A stretch of DNA of 64,000 bases from Candidatus Lustribacter sp. (lineage in GTDB: Bacteria > Vulcanimicrobiota > Vulcanimicrobiia > Vulcanimicrobiales > Vulcanimicrobiaceae). This document shows positions 1 through 7,838 of this stretch, one piece after another. Numbering within the stretch: the first letter of the stretch is position 1; each line of letters begins with the position of its first letter. Location of the stretch: positions 4,640,001 to 4,704,000 of the forward strand of contig OZ255842.1 of the NCBI GenBank assembly GCA_965277805.1. Direction: 5' to 3'. A program made the translations under genes and the position numbers. The notes below the pieces were generated by a model that saw only the letters and a program-made list of their open reading frames with translations, was not told the origin of the DNA and did not search any database.

Positions 1-1
1 G

Positions 2-166
2 TGGGACGTGGCGTTTGCCCGGGGCATGTACGTCGAGTCGGCCCGGCTCGATGGCGGACGCCTCGAAGCATCGATCGTCCCGCATTCGAACGCGATGCAC
101 CAGATCTACGATTCGCTGCTAACGCTCGGTCTCGTCGTCAACGATCCGGCGGGGTCGCTCGTCTGA
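2..166 (+). CDS. 3' end of an unidentified upstream gene (partial)
   Basis: Frame 2 is open from the window edge (WDVAFARGMYVESARLDGGRLEASIVPHSNAMHQIYDSLLTLGLVVNDPAGSLV*) with typical codon usage. Its TGA overlaps the probable crtB start (CTGA). Confidence 0.6.
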   Translation, partial: WDVAFARGMYVESARLDGGRLEASIVPHSNAMHQIYDSLLTLGLVVNDPAGSLV

Positions 167-1053
167 CCGCAAGCGCAGCCCTGGCCGCAGCGACCGTTCG
201 CGCCCTCGAGCTCCCCGATGTCGACGCCAGCTACGCGCTGTGCCGCGACATTGCCAAGGAACACTCGAAGACGTTCTATTTTGCGTCGCTCTTTCTCACG
301 CCCGAGAAGCGCCGCGCCGTGTGGGCGATCTACGCCTTCTGCCGTTCCGCGGACGACGTTGCCGACTCGTCCCAACCGGCCGCGCAGCGGCTTGCCGCAA
401 TCGACGATTGGCAGGGCCGTCTCGTGGCGGCCTACGATGGGCGCCCCGACCACCCGTTGATGGTGGCGTTGGCCGACGCGGTCAAGCAGTTCCACATTCC
501 GATCGAACCGGCGTTGCAGCTGCTCTCCGGCGCGCGCCAAGACGTGGTGGTGCGCCGCTACGAAACCTACGAAGAGCTGCGCCGCTACTGCTATCTCGTT
601 GCCTCGACCGTGGGGCTGCTCGTATGCCCACTGCTCGGGTACGAATCGGGCGCACTCGGATACGGGATCGAGCTCGGGCGGGCAATGCAGATGACGAACA
701 TCCTGCGTGACGTCGGCGAAGACAGCCGCCTCGGGCGCATCTATCTGCCGGCCGAAGATCTGCGGCGCTTCAACTACACCGAAGCGCGGCTGCTGGCGGG
801 CACCGTCGACCGCGACTTCATCGCGCTGATGCGGTTCCAAATCGCGCGAGTGCGCGCCATGTACGAAGAGGCGGCTCCGGGGATCGAGTTGCTGGCGCCG
901 GGCAGCCGCTACACGGTGCGCCTCGCACTCTCGTTATATCGCCGGATCCTCGCGGAGATCGAACGCAACGGATACGACGTTTTCACCCGCCGGGCGCACG
1001 TTCCGGCGCGCGCAAAACTCGTCACGGCCATGACGACCGCTTTGATCCGTTAA
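163..1053 (+). CDS. crtB: Phytoene synthase
   Basis: SKTFYFAS, YAFCRSADDVAD, YCYLVASTVG and QMTNILRDVGED..GRIYLP motifs. Start uncertain, probably CTG at 163. Confidence 0.92.
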   Translation: MTASAALAAATVRALELPDVDASYALCRDIAKEHSKTFYFASLFLTPEKRRAVWAIYAFCRSADDVADSSQPAAQRLAAIDDWQGRLVAAYDGRPDHPLMVALADAVKQFHIPIEPALQLLSGARQDVVVRRYETYEELRRYCYLVASTVGLLVCPLLGYESGALGYGIELGRAMQMTNILRDVGEDSRLGRIYLPAEDLRRFNYTEARLLAGTVDRDFIALMRFQIARVRAMYEEAAPGIELLAPGSRYTVRLALSLYRRILAEIERNGYDVFTRRAHVPARAKLVTAMTTALIR

Positions 1054-1054
1054 C

Positions 1055-2131
1055 GTGTCCAGTCAGCTCGCCACCCTGTTGCGTAAGGGCGCCCCGGTCT
1101 ACCGCGATCTGTGGATCGCGCAGTCGCGCGAAGGCTTCGGCACCGAACCCAAAGCGGAAGTCGTGCACCAGCACCTCGGCTATTGGGATGCGATCGCTAA
1201 GGCCGTCGAGGACAACGAGTTCTCCGAGCTGATGAAGCTCTCGCGGGAAGCGGGGCAGTACCAGTTCTCGATGAGCATCGATCTCTCCGAAGCGGTGCGG
1301 CGCACCGTCGAAGCGACGAACATGATCGAGATTGCGCTGCTCGAGGTCAACGACGAGGCTCCCTCGATCGAGATCATCAGCGAGATTGCCGAACTGCGCT
1401 CGATGATCGTGATGGCGGTCGTCGCGGGCTACAATGGCGCCTTCAGCGCGATGGAGAAGCGCCCGACGGCAAGCGATCCGTTACGTGTGGCCCTGATGCG
1501 GTCGCCGAAGAAATACTCGGCGGTCAATCTAAAGACGCGCGACGAGATTGCCCCGCTCTACGATGAGGAGATGCGTTTTTACGCCGTCGAGAGCGGCAAG
1601 GTACGCCTGTACAACCTCTTGCCGAACGGCCGCGCGATCACGCTCTCGATCCTGAGCGAAGGCGACGTGTTCTTCCAATGGCGCACGCAAACCGGCAGCT
1701 TGTCGTGCATCTGCGCTGAGGCAATGGCGCCCTCGCGCGTCATCGGGGTTTCCGAGAAGGATCTGATCGAGCTGCTCGGAGCGCAGCCTGCGGCCGCCGT
1801 CGACGTGATCGGCAACTTCGCGCGCCGCCTGACCGAGAGCCAAGTGCTGATCGAAGATCTCATGAACAACAGCATCAACCTGCGCCTGTATCGCACGTTA
1901 CTCGAACTCGCACGCGAGTTCGGGCGCAAGCCGGCGGCCGCCAATTCCGTGATCATCGACATGCCGCTCACGCATCAGCGCCTGGCCGATATGATTGGGA
2001 GCAACCGGGTCACGGTCACGCGGAAGTTGCTCGAGCTGCAAAAGCGCGGCGTGATCGCCGCACGCGGCAGCGGCTCGATCGAGATCCTCGATCTAGATGC
2101 GTTGAACCGCTTGACCGTCCACGACGACTGA
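1055..2131 (+). CDS. Crp/Fnr-family regulator with N-terminal all-helical (globin/RsbRD_N-like) domain and NtcA-like recognition helix
   Basis: C-terminal cNMP-barrel (VESGKVRLYNLLPNGRAITLSILSEGDVF) and HTH LTHQRLADMIGSNRVTVTR, plus about 130 extra N-terminal residues. Confidence 0.88.
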   Translation: MSSQLATLLRKGAPVYRDLWIAQSREGFGTEPKAEVVHQHLGYWDAIAKAVEDNEFSELMKLSREAGQYQFSMSIDLSEAVRRTVEATNMIEIALLEVNDEAPSIEIISEIAELRSMIVMAVVAGYNGAFSAMEKRPTASDPLRVALMRSPKKYSAVNLKTRDEIAPLYDEEMRFYAVESGKVRLYNLLPNGRAITLSILSEGDVFFQWRTQTGSLSCICAEAMAPSRVIGVSEKDLIELLGAQPAAAVDVIGNFARRLTESQVLIEDLMNNSINLRLYRTLLELAREFGRKPAAANSVIIDMPLTHQRLADMIGSNRVTVTRKLLELQKRGVIAARGSGSIEILDLDALNRLTVHDD

Positions 2132-2758
2132 GGCCCGCGGCACCATTGTCGCGACGCGCGCGGCGGGCACCGGCGGATTGCGGAGCGTGGGTTCGGTGCC
2201 TTCGCTCAGGCGCGCATAGCTATTGCGGAAGCGGCTCGCGACGAGCAGCAGCATCGCGACGCCCGCGAACGCGGCCGGGGCACCCGCAAAGAACCAGAGC
2301 GAAACGACCGTGATCGCTGCCGCCGTGAGCGAACCCGCGACGGCGTAGTTGCTGCCGGCCGCGACCGTAACCCAAACCCCGAAATAGACGATCGCGGCCG
2401 GCCAGCACACGCCGATCAGCGCGCCGAACTCGGCCGCAACGCCGGTGCCGCCGTCGAAGCGGCGCCACGGACAGTAGGTGTGTCCGGCTACCACGGCAAC
2501 GGCGGCGAGCAAGCCGACGTCGAGGCCGCCACCGTGGGTGGCGATCGCAACCGGGATTGCGGCCTTGACGGTGTTCATGGCCGGCGCGAGGGCGACCGCG
2601 GTACGGGCGATCCGCGCGTCCAAACCGGCGAAGAGCCAATGCATGATCGGCGTGACCGGGATCGAGCCCATCAGCACGGCAAAAACGACGGCGGCCAGCT
2701 CCCGGATGTAGAGATTGCCGTAGAACCAATTATGGAGCAGGGCCTCGTTGACGACCAT
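2093..2758 (-). CDS. PlsY-like membrane protein, degenerate
   Basis: GSIP and GH..PW..F.GG.GVA motifs and hydrophobic helices. The canonical GSGNxGxTN motif is absent. Confidence 0.7.
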   Translation of the reverse strand: MVVNEALLHNWFYGNLYIRELAAVVFAVLMGSIPVTPIMHWLFAGLDARIARTAVALAPAMNTVKAAIPVAIATHGGGLDVGLLAAVAVVAGHTYCPWRRFDGGTGVAAEFGALIGVCWPAAIVYFGVWVTVAAGSNYAVAGSLTAAAITVVSLWFFAGAPAAFAGVAMLLLVASRFRNSYARLSEGTEPTLRNPPVPAARVATMVPRASVVVDGQAVQRI

Positions 2759-2780
2759 CAGCTGCCTTTATCCGCTCGGG

Positions 2781-2824
2781 TGTGCCGACCGCTACAACGT
2801 GCGTGATGCATCGGGCGTTAGTAT
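2781..2824 (+). promoter_or_regulatory. NtcA-type box TGTG-N8-TACA plus -10 TAGTAT
   Basis: TGTGCCGACCGCTACA at 2781-2796. TAGTAT at 2819-2824 lies 23 nt after TAC, the same spacing as the box at 3867. Confidence 0.6.
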
Positions 2825-2891
2825 CATTTCACCACTCGAATGCCGTCCCTACTTTTTCGGGACTCATTGTGTGCTGGAGGAGAAAGCGTAC

Positions 2892-3086
2892 ATGCAAGCG
2901 ATTCGTCGCACCTTGCTGGCCCTCGCAGCAGTCGTGGCCGGCACGGCGCCTGCGGCTGCCCAAACGGCTGCAGCCACGACCGATACCGGACCAAGTCTGT
3001 TGTGGGTTTGGGTCTGGATTCTCGTCGCGGGCATCATCATCATGATCGTCGGCACCAGCCTCGGCGTCAACTCGAACCGCCGTTAA
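2892..3086 (+). CDS. Small signal-peptide plus single-TM protein (64 aa), candidate RC-LH accessory subunit
   Basis: GGAGG upstream of the ATG at 2892; AxA signal-like segment followed by the TM stretch LLWVWVWILVAGIIIMIVGTSLGV. Confidence 0.7.
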   Translation: MQAIRRTLLALAAVVAGTAPAAAQTAAATTDTGPSLLWVWVWILVAGIIIMIVGTSLGVNSNRR

Positions 3087-3089
3087 CCG

Positions 3090-3176
3090 GTGTTCTGGAT
3101 TGTCATGGTGATCTTCGTGGCGGGAATTCTCGTCGCTCCGGTCATCGCGATACTCGCCGGCCGCCGAACGGGATAA
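3090..3176 (+). CDS. 28-aa single-TM peptide (not in ORF track)
   Basis: GTG 3 nt after the previous stop; MFWIVMVIFVAGILVAPVIAILAGRRTG*, a hydrophobic helix with a basic C-terminus. Confidence 0.6.
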   Translation: MFWIVMVIFVAGILVAPVIAILAGRRTG

Positions 3177-3200
3177 GTCGCTAAACGGACGGACCGGGCG

Positions 3201-3911
3201 ATGATGACCGTGCTCCACGTGTTCTTCGGGACGCTGGCACTCATCGTCGCGCCGGTAGCGTTCTGCGTGCGCAAGGGCGGCGCTTGGCATCGCCGGCTGG
3301 GCTTCGCGTTCATACTGGCCATGGCGATCGTGCTCTTCAGTGCCGGGTTTCTGTGGCAAGCCAAAGGTCATATTTTTCTGTTGCCGCTGGCCGCCGTCAG
3401 CGGCTATTTGATCTTCAACGGGTACCGCGCGGTCGTGCGGCATCGGCGGCCCGTTGCCGACCCATTTGAAGATCGCGTCGACATGCTCGCCGCCGGCATC
3501 GCGTTGCTGGCGGCGTCCGGCATCGTCTACCTGGCGGCGACCGCAGCCGGCCCGTTGATGCTGAGCATCCGCCCGGCGCTCGTGGGCATCGGCGCGATCG
3601 CCGTCGCCTTTGCGTCCAACGAGGTGCTGGGATTCTTCGGCCCGCGCATGCGGCTCGGTTGGCTCCTTTCACATTTTGCCGGCATGATTGCCGCCTACAT
3701 CTCCGCCGTCACCGCGTTCGCCGTGATCAACGCGCACGACGTCCCGATGATGGTGCGCTGGATCGTGCCGAGCACGATCGGCGCCTCCCTGATCGTGGGC
3801 CTCACGCTGCGTTACCTCCGGCGCGAGCGGCCGGTGGGGGTGGCCGGATCGAATTGCGGCGAGCCGGTAGCAACGGCTACAGCGCCCGGTCACCGTTTCG
3901 TACTACATTAG
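3201..3911 (+). CDS. Multi-pass membrane protein (DUF2306-like)
   Basis: LH..G...KG..WHRRLG and H...M.AAYISAVTAF patterns; about 6-7 TM segments. Confidence 0.7.
   Translation: MMTVLHVFFGTLALIVAPVAFCVRKGGAWHRRLGFAFILAMAIVLFSAGFLWQAKGHIFLLPLAAVSGYLIFNGYRAVVRHRRPVADPFEDRVDMLAAGIALLAASGIVYLAATAAGPLMLSIRPALVGIGAIAVAFASNEVLGFFGPRMRLGWLLSHFAGMIAAYISAVTAFAVINAHDVPMMVRWIVPSTIGASLIVGLTLRYLRRERPVGVAGSNCGEPVATATAPGHRFVLH
3866..3909 (+). promoter_or_regulatory. NtcA-type box GTA-N8-TAC plus -10 TACATT, predicted pufBA promoter
   Basis: GTAGCAACGGCTAC at 3867-3880; TACATT at 3904-3909, 23 nt after TAC. It lies inside the low-complexity tail of the upstream gene. Confidence 0.68.
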
Positions 3912-3965
3912 CCGCACGTCGTTGCTAGAGGGCCGGTCGCCGGCTCTCAGGAGGGCACACTTTCC

Positions 3966-4139
3966 ATGACTCAAGCGGTGGTACTGGAGGTCGGGAACGA
4001 CCGCGTTCCCGACGTGTATCGCGACTTTTTCAACAACGCCGACTGGACGCTGCACAAGTTCGTCGTCGCAGGCTCCTGGTCGTTTTTCATCGTCGCAGTC
4101 GTCGCCCACATTTTCGTGTGGCTGTGGCGGCCGTGGTAG
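3966..4139 (+). CDS. pufB: Light-harvesting antenna beta subunit, B808-866 type (57 aa, not in ORF track)
   Basis: MTQAVVLEVGNDRVPDVYRDFFNNADWTLHKFVVAGSWSFFIVAVVAHIFVWLWRPW; AH.....WRPW signature; AGGAGG RBS. Confidence 0.95.
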   Translation: MTQAVVLEVGNDRVPDVYRDFFNNADWTLHKFVVAGSWSFFIVAVVAHIFVWLWRPW

Positions 4140-4157
4140 GGAGTTGAGAAAAGCAGC

Positions 4158-4340
4158 ATGACCGTTCGTACAGGCTACAATTTCCGCGCGGTTCTCGGCG
4201 CCTACATCCTCGCCGGCGTCGTCGTCGCGTTCCTCATCCACTTCATCGTCCTCAGCTCGCCGCGCTACAACTGGATCTTTCCGGTAAACAGCACGACGAT
4301 GACGACGACGACCGTCAATCCAGCACCTGGGGCTAAATAG
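4158..4340 (+). CDS. pufA: Light-harvesting antenna alpha subunit
   Basis: AFLIHFIVLSS..YNW signature. Confidence 0.95.
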   Translation: MTVRTGYNFRAVLGAYILAGVVVAFLIHFIVLSSPRYNWIFPVNSTTMTTTTVNPAPGAK

Positions 4341-4352
4341 GAGCGGAGCGCC

Positions 4353-5171
4353 GTGGCTGATCTCGAGTTTCTCGAGTTTGAGAGCGCCTATCGCAAGCCC
4401 GGCAACACGCTCTTCTCGTTGATCCTGGGCGACGACCCGTTCGATTTCTGGGTCGGCCGCTATTACGTCGGGTTCTTCGGAGTGATCGCGCTGGTCGCGA
4501 TCGCGATGGGGGTAACGATCCTCTTCGTCGCCGTCGGTCAGTACGGGGATTGGGATTTGTTACGTGCGGTGGTACCTTCACCGGACCGGTCGGTCGGTCT
4601 CGGCTGGGCGCCGTTCCTCCATGGCGGTGCGTGGCAAGCCGTGATCATCCTGGCGACGGTGTCGTTCGTCGCGTGGGGACTGCGCGAGGTCGATATCTGC
4701 CGCAAGCTTCAGATGGGCTTCCATATCCCGGCGATGTTCAGCTTGGCGATCTCCGCCTGGGTGGTGCTGCAGATCCTGCGGCCCCTGCTCATGGGCTGCT
4801 GGTGCGAGGGCTTCGATCTCGGCTTCACCGGTCACCTGACGTGGGTTTCCAACACCGGTTTCAAGTACCTGAATTTTTACGACAACCCGTTCCACGCATA
4901 CGCCGTCCTGGGGTTCTTCCTTACGGCGATGGTGCTCGCGATGCACGGCTCAGCGATTCTCGGCACGTACAACACCGATAAAGACCCCAACGTCGAAATG
5001 CGGCGCGAAGACTCGTTCTGGCGCGACTACGTCGGGTACTCGATCGGCGAGTACGGCATCCACCGCCTAGGCTTCTATCTCGCCGTCTACACGCTCGTCA
5101 TGTCGGATCTGTGCATCCTGACGAGCGGGACGCTGGTACAAGACTGGGTCGACTTTTGGCATCCATTCTGA
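4353..5171 (+). CDS. pufL: Type II reaction centre L subunit
   Basis: DPFDFWVG, HLTWVSN, NPFH, MHG and GYSIG..GIHRLG; His L153/173/190/230 equivalents present. Confidence 0.97.
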   Translation: MADLEFLEFESAYRKPGNTLFSLILGDDPFDFWVGRYYVGFFGVIALVAIAMGVTILFVAVGQYGDWDLLRAVVPSPDRSVGLGWAPFLHGGAWQAVIILATVSFVAWGLREVDICRKLQMGFHIPAMFSLAISAWVVLQILRPLLMGCWCEGFDLGFTGHLTWVSNTGFKYLNFYDNPFHAYAVLGFFLTAMVLAMHGSAILGTYNTDKDPNVEMRREDSFWRDYVGYSIGEYGIHRLGFYLAVYTLVMSDLCILTSGTLVQDWVDFWHPF

Positions 5172-6178
5172 TGGCAACGATTCTTCCGCGCCCGATCGAG
5201 CCGCTCGAAGAGGCCGAACCCAGTTCGTTTGATCACGCGGATCCGCTCGGTATTCGCGCCGGCACGCCGACGCGCATCGATCGCTTACGACACATGATGG
5301 TCGATACGCAGGTCGGGACGATCTGGCTCGGTACCTGGGGCGTCTTTTCCGCGATGCTCTTCCTGGCCGGCACCGGCGTGGTCTTTCTGGCGGCGATGGA
5401 CCAAGTCGGCGGCAGTCCGTGGCTGGTGGTCAAGTACTTCGCGAACCTGAACCTCGCGCCGCCCGACGGGTTGGGTTTGGCCCACTCGCTTCGCAACGGC
5501 GGCTACTGGCAGATCACGCTTACATTATGGGCCGGCTCGACGATCTTTTGGGCGGCCCGCTGCTTCGAACGGCTCGCGCGTCACAAGTGGCGCCCGTTCT
5601 TGCTGTTCGCGTGGCTCTCGGCGATTTTTTTGACCGCGTGCATCTGGGTGTTCCATCCGCTGATCGTCGGCTCGTGGGCCGATGCGCCGGCGCTCGGCCT
5701 GAACTCCGATTTGCAATGGGCGCAGAACTTCAGCGTGCTGTGGGGTAACCTGTACTACAACCCCTTCCATCAGCTCGCGATTTTCTTCTTACTCGGCAGT
5801 ACGATGCTCTGGGGGATGCACGGCGCAACGATCCTCGCGACCGGCAGCGAGAGCAGCCATCACGAGGATGCCGAGATCAAGAACATGAGCTCGGGCTCCC
5901 AGAAAGCCGCGCTGTTCTGGAAATGGACCATGGGCTTCAACGCCTTTCCGAAGTCGATCCACGACTATCTGTGGTGGTTTGCGGTGGGAACGGTGTTGGC
6001 TTCGGGTATCGGCATCCTTACCACCGGCGTTATAACGCGGGACTGGTACGTTTGGGGCGTCGATCACGGTACCGTTTCGCAGTACGGTCCGATAACACGT
6101 GAGGCGATCAACGAGTATCCTCGGCCGATGCCTCCCATGCCGGCTCCGGGCGGCTACATGCCGGCTCCGGCCAGATAA
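5171..6178 (+). CDS. pufM: Type II reaction centre M subunit
   Basis: GNLYYNPFH, MHGATIL, AALFWKWTMGFNA and SIH; TGATG overlap with pufL. Confidence 0.97.
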   Translation: MATILPRPIEPLEEAEPSSFDHADPLGIRAGTPTRIDRLRHMMVDTQVGTIWLGTWGVFSAMLFLAGTGVVFLAAMDQVGGSPWLVVKYFANLNLAPPDGLGLAHSLRNGGYWQITLTLWAGSTIFWAARCFERLARHKWRPFLLFAWLSAIFLTACIWVFHPLIVGSWADAPALGLNSDLQWAQNFSVLWGNLYYNPFHQLAIFFLLGSTMLWGMHGATILATGSESSHHEDAEIKNMSSGSQKAALFWKWTMGFNAFPKSIHDYLWWFAVGTVLASGIGILTTGVITRDWYVWGVDHGTVSQYGPITREAINEYPRPMPPMPAPGGYMPAPAR

Positions 6179-6190
6179 GGCGCAACAGCG

Positions 6191-7102
6191 ATGCGGCGGA
6201 CTTGGCTTGGCGTTTTCACGATCGTGTTCGGTCTCACGTTCGGCGGCCTGATACAGCCGCTCGTCGAACGCACCCATGCCGCGACGATCGTTACCGGCGA
6301 AGACAACGGTGGAACGATCGGGACGGGCGTGGAGACTCCGCCGCACGCGCCGCGTTACGGTCCCGTGGATCAGAAGGCGCCGTTGGACTTCAAGACGCAG
6401 CCGGCGGGCGTTCCGCACGCCTATGCCGCCGGTCGCCTATACAACGTGCAAGTCCTCAAAGGCGGCTATGGCGACGTCGTCGCGCAGATGACGGATTACA
6501 CGCAAGCGCTGGGGGTCGGCTGCGAGTACTGCCACAACACGAGCAATTTTGCGTACGACACGCCGACGAAGCAAATCGCGCGCACGATGATCAAGATGGT
6601 CGGAAGCATTCAGACCGACTGGGTCGGGCCCGTTCATAAGGATTTTCCCAACTTTGCCGTCACCGGCGCCGTCGGGTGCATCACGTGTCATCGCGGTTCG
6701 CCGCTGCACCCGGTGGCCTACAACATCGTGCCCGTCCAGTATCTGGACTGGCCGGCGAAATCCAGCCGTCAGGCCGGCTTCGTCGTCAACTCGATGTACT
6801 CGGTGTCAAAATCGCTGGGCGTGAACTGCCTGTTCTGCCACAACTCGGCCGACTTCGTGACGCTCCAGTCGTATCCGACCAATCGGATCGCTCACCGGAT
6901 GTGGCAAATGGTCGACACGATCAATCACAAATATTTGCCCCCGAACATTGAAGCCGTTACGTGCTACACGTGCCATCACGGCGCAAAGTGGCCGACCGAA
7001 CTTGTTGCCGGAGGAGAAGATCAGTCTCCGGCAAAAGCGCGAGCCCTGCGCCCCGAAGTCCACCTCAATCCGGGAGCGCACACGGCCTCGGGAGTTCAGT
7101 GA
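6191..7102 (+). CDS. pufC: Reaction-centre tetraheme cytochrome c
   Basis: Four CxxCH motifs (CEYCH, CITCH, CLFCH, CYTCH) in two repeats; N-terminal hydrophobic segment. Confidence 0.93.
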   Translation: MRRTWLGVFTIVFGLTFGGLIQPLVERTHAATIVTGEDNGGTIGTGVETPPHAPRYGPVDQKAPLDFKTQPAGVPHAYAAGRLYNVQVLKGGYGDVVAQMTDYTQALGVGCEYCHNTSNFAYDTPTKQIARTMIKMVGSIQTDWVGPVHKDFPNFAVTGAVGCITCHRGSPLHPVAYNIVPVQYLDWPAKSSRQAGFVVNSMYSVSKSLGVNCLFCHNSADFVTLQSYPTNRIAHRMWQMVDTINHKYLPPNIEAVTCYTCHHGAKWPTELVAGGEDQSPAKARALRPEVHLNPGAHTASGVQ

Positions 7103-7779
7103 TGGATTTCTTTTGGAGTCTGCCTAAAGCCAGCATCGCCGGTCTAAACGATCCGCTCAACGAGCTTTTTGCGACCGTCCAGCCGCGCCGATACGACGAG
7201 CGAACGATCATCAGCGATCCCGACAACGGACCGGAGCGCGCGTTCCTATGTACGAGCGGAACGCTGAAGGTTACGAAGCTGCTCTCCAACGGGCGCGAGA
7301 TCCTAATCACGATCCTCGAATCGGGTTCGATTTGGAGCGATCGTTCCTTGCTCAAGGGCTATTGGCGCGAGGTCTACATCGAGACGATGTCGGCCGTGAA
7401 TATGGTCTCGATCGAAAAAGAGGCGTTCGAACGGTACGTCTGTAGCGACTCGGAGCGCCTGACGCAGTTCATGATGCGGATCTCGGAACAGATGAGCGAT
7501 GCGCTCACGCTGCTCGAGGATTTCCGCGGGCGTGACGTCGCCTCGCGCCTAGCTTCCGTGCTCGTGCGCTTTTCCAAACAGTACGGCGTAGAGAAAGAAA
7601 GTTCGGTCGTCATCGACCTGCCGTTTACGCATCAAGACCTCGCCAACATGATCGGCACGGCTCGCGAAACCGTCAGCCGCAACATGGCCCGCTTCCGCGC
7701 CGAGGGCTACCTCCGGGGCGGCCAGATGGCTACTCTCGAGATCCTCAACCTCAATTCGCTCGAGGCCCTCATCGTCTAG
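7102..7779 (+). CDS. Crp/Fnr-family regulator with CRP-like recognition helix
   Basis: HTH FTHQDLANMIGTARETVSR; TGATG overlap with the pufC stop. Confidence 0.92.
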   Translation: MDFFWSLPKASIAGLNDPLNELFATVQPRRYDERTIISDPDNGPERAFLCTSGTLKVTKLLSNGREILITILESGSIWSDRSLLKGYWREVYIETMSAVNMVSIEKEAFERYVCSDSERLTQFMMRISEQMSDALTLLEDFRGRDVASRLASVLVRFSKQYGVEKESSVVIDLPFTHQDLANMIGTARETVSRNMARFRAEGYLRGGQMATLEILNLNSLEALIV

Positions 7780-7782
7780 ACG

Positions 7783-7838
7783 TCACCCCGGGGAGCAAAA
7801 CGGTACTCTCCCTCCCGCCGCCTGGCTCCTCGGGGTGA
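7783..7838 (+). other. Inverted repeat after the puf-crp operon (possible terminator or mRNA stabiliser)
   Basis: TCACCCCGGGGAGC (7783-7796) pairs with GCTCCTCGGGGTGA (7825-7838) with one G-U pair; no U-tract. Confidence 0.5.

Noticed and set aside
1-162. N-terminal extension of crtB in the ORF track
   Set aside because: Arg-rich and uninformative; frame 2 carries a more plausible upstream gene.
4353-6178. pufL-pufM fusion as in Roseiflexus
   Set aside because: pufL has a stop overlapping the pufM ATG in a different frame.
6120-6178. Short direct repeat ATGCCGGCTCCGG in the pufM tail
   Set aside because: Two copies encoding a Pro/Met-rich tail; not a CRISPR or mobile feature.
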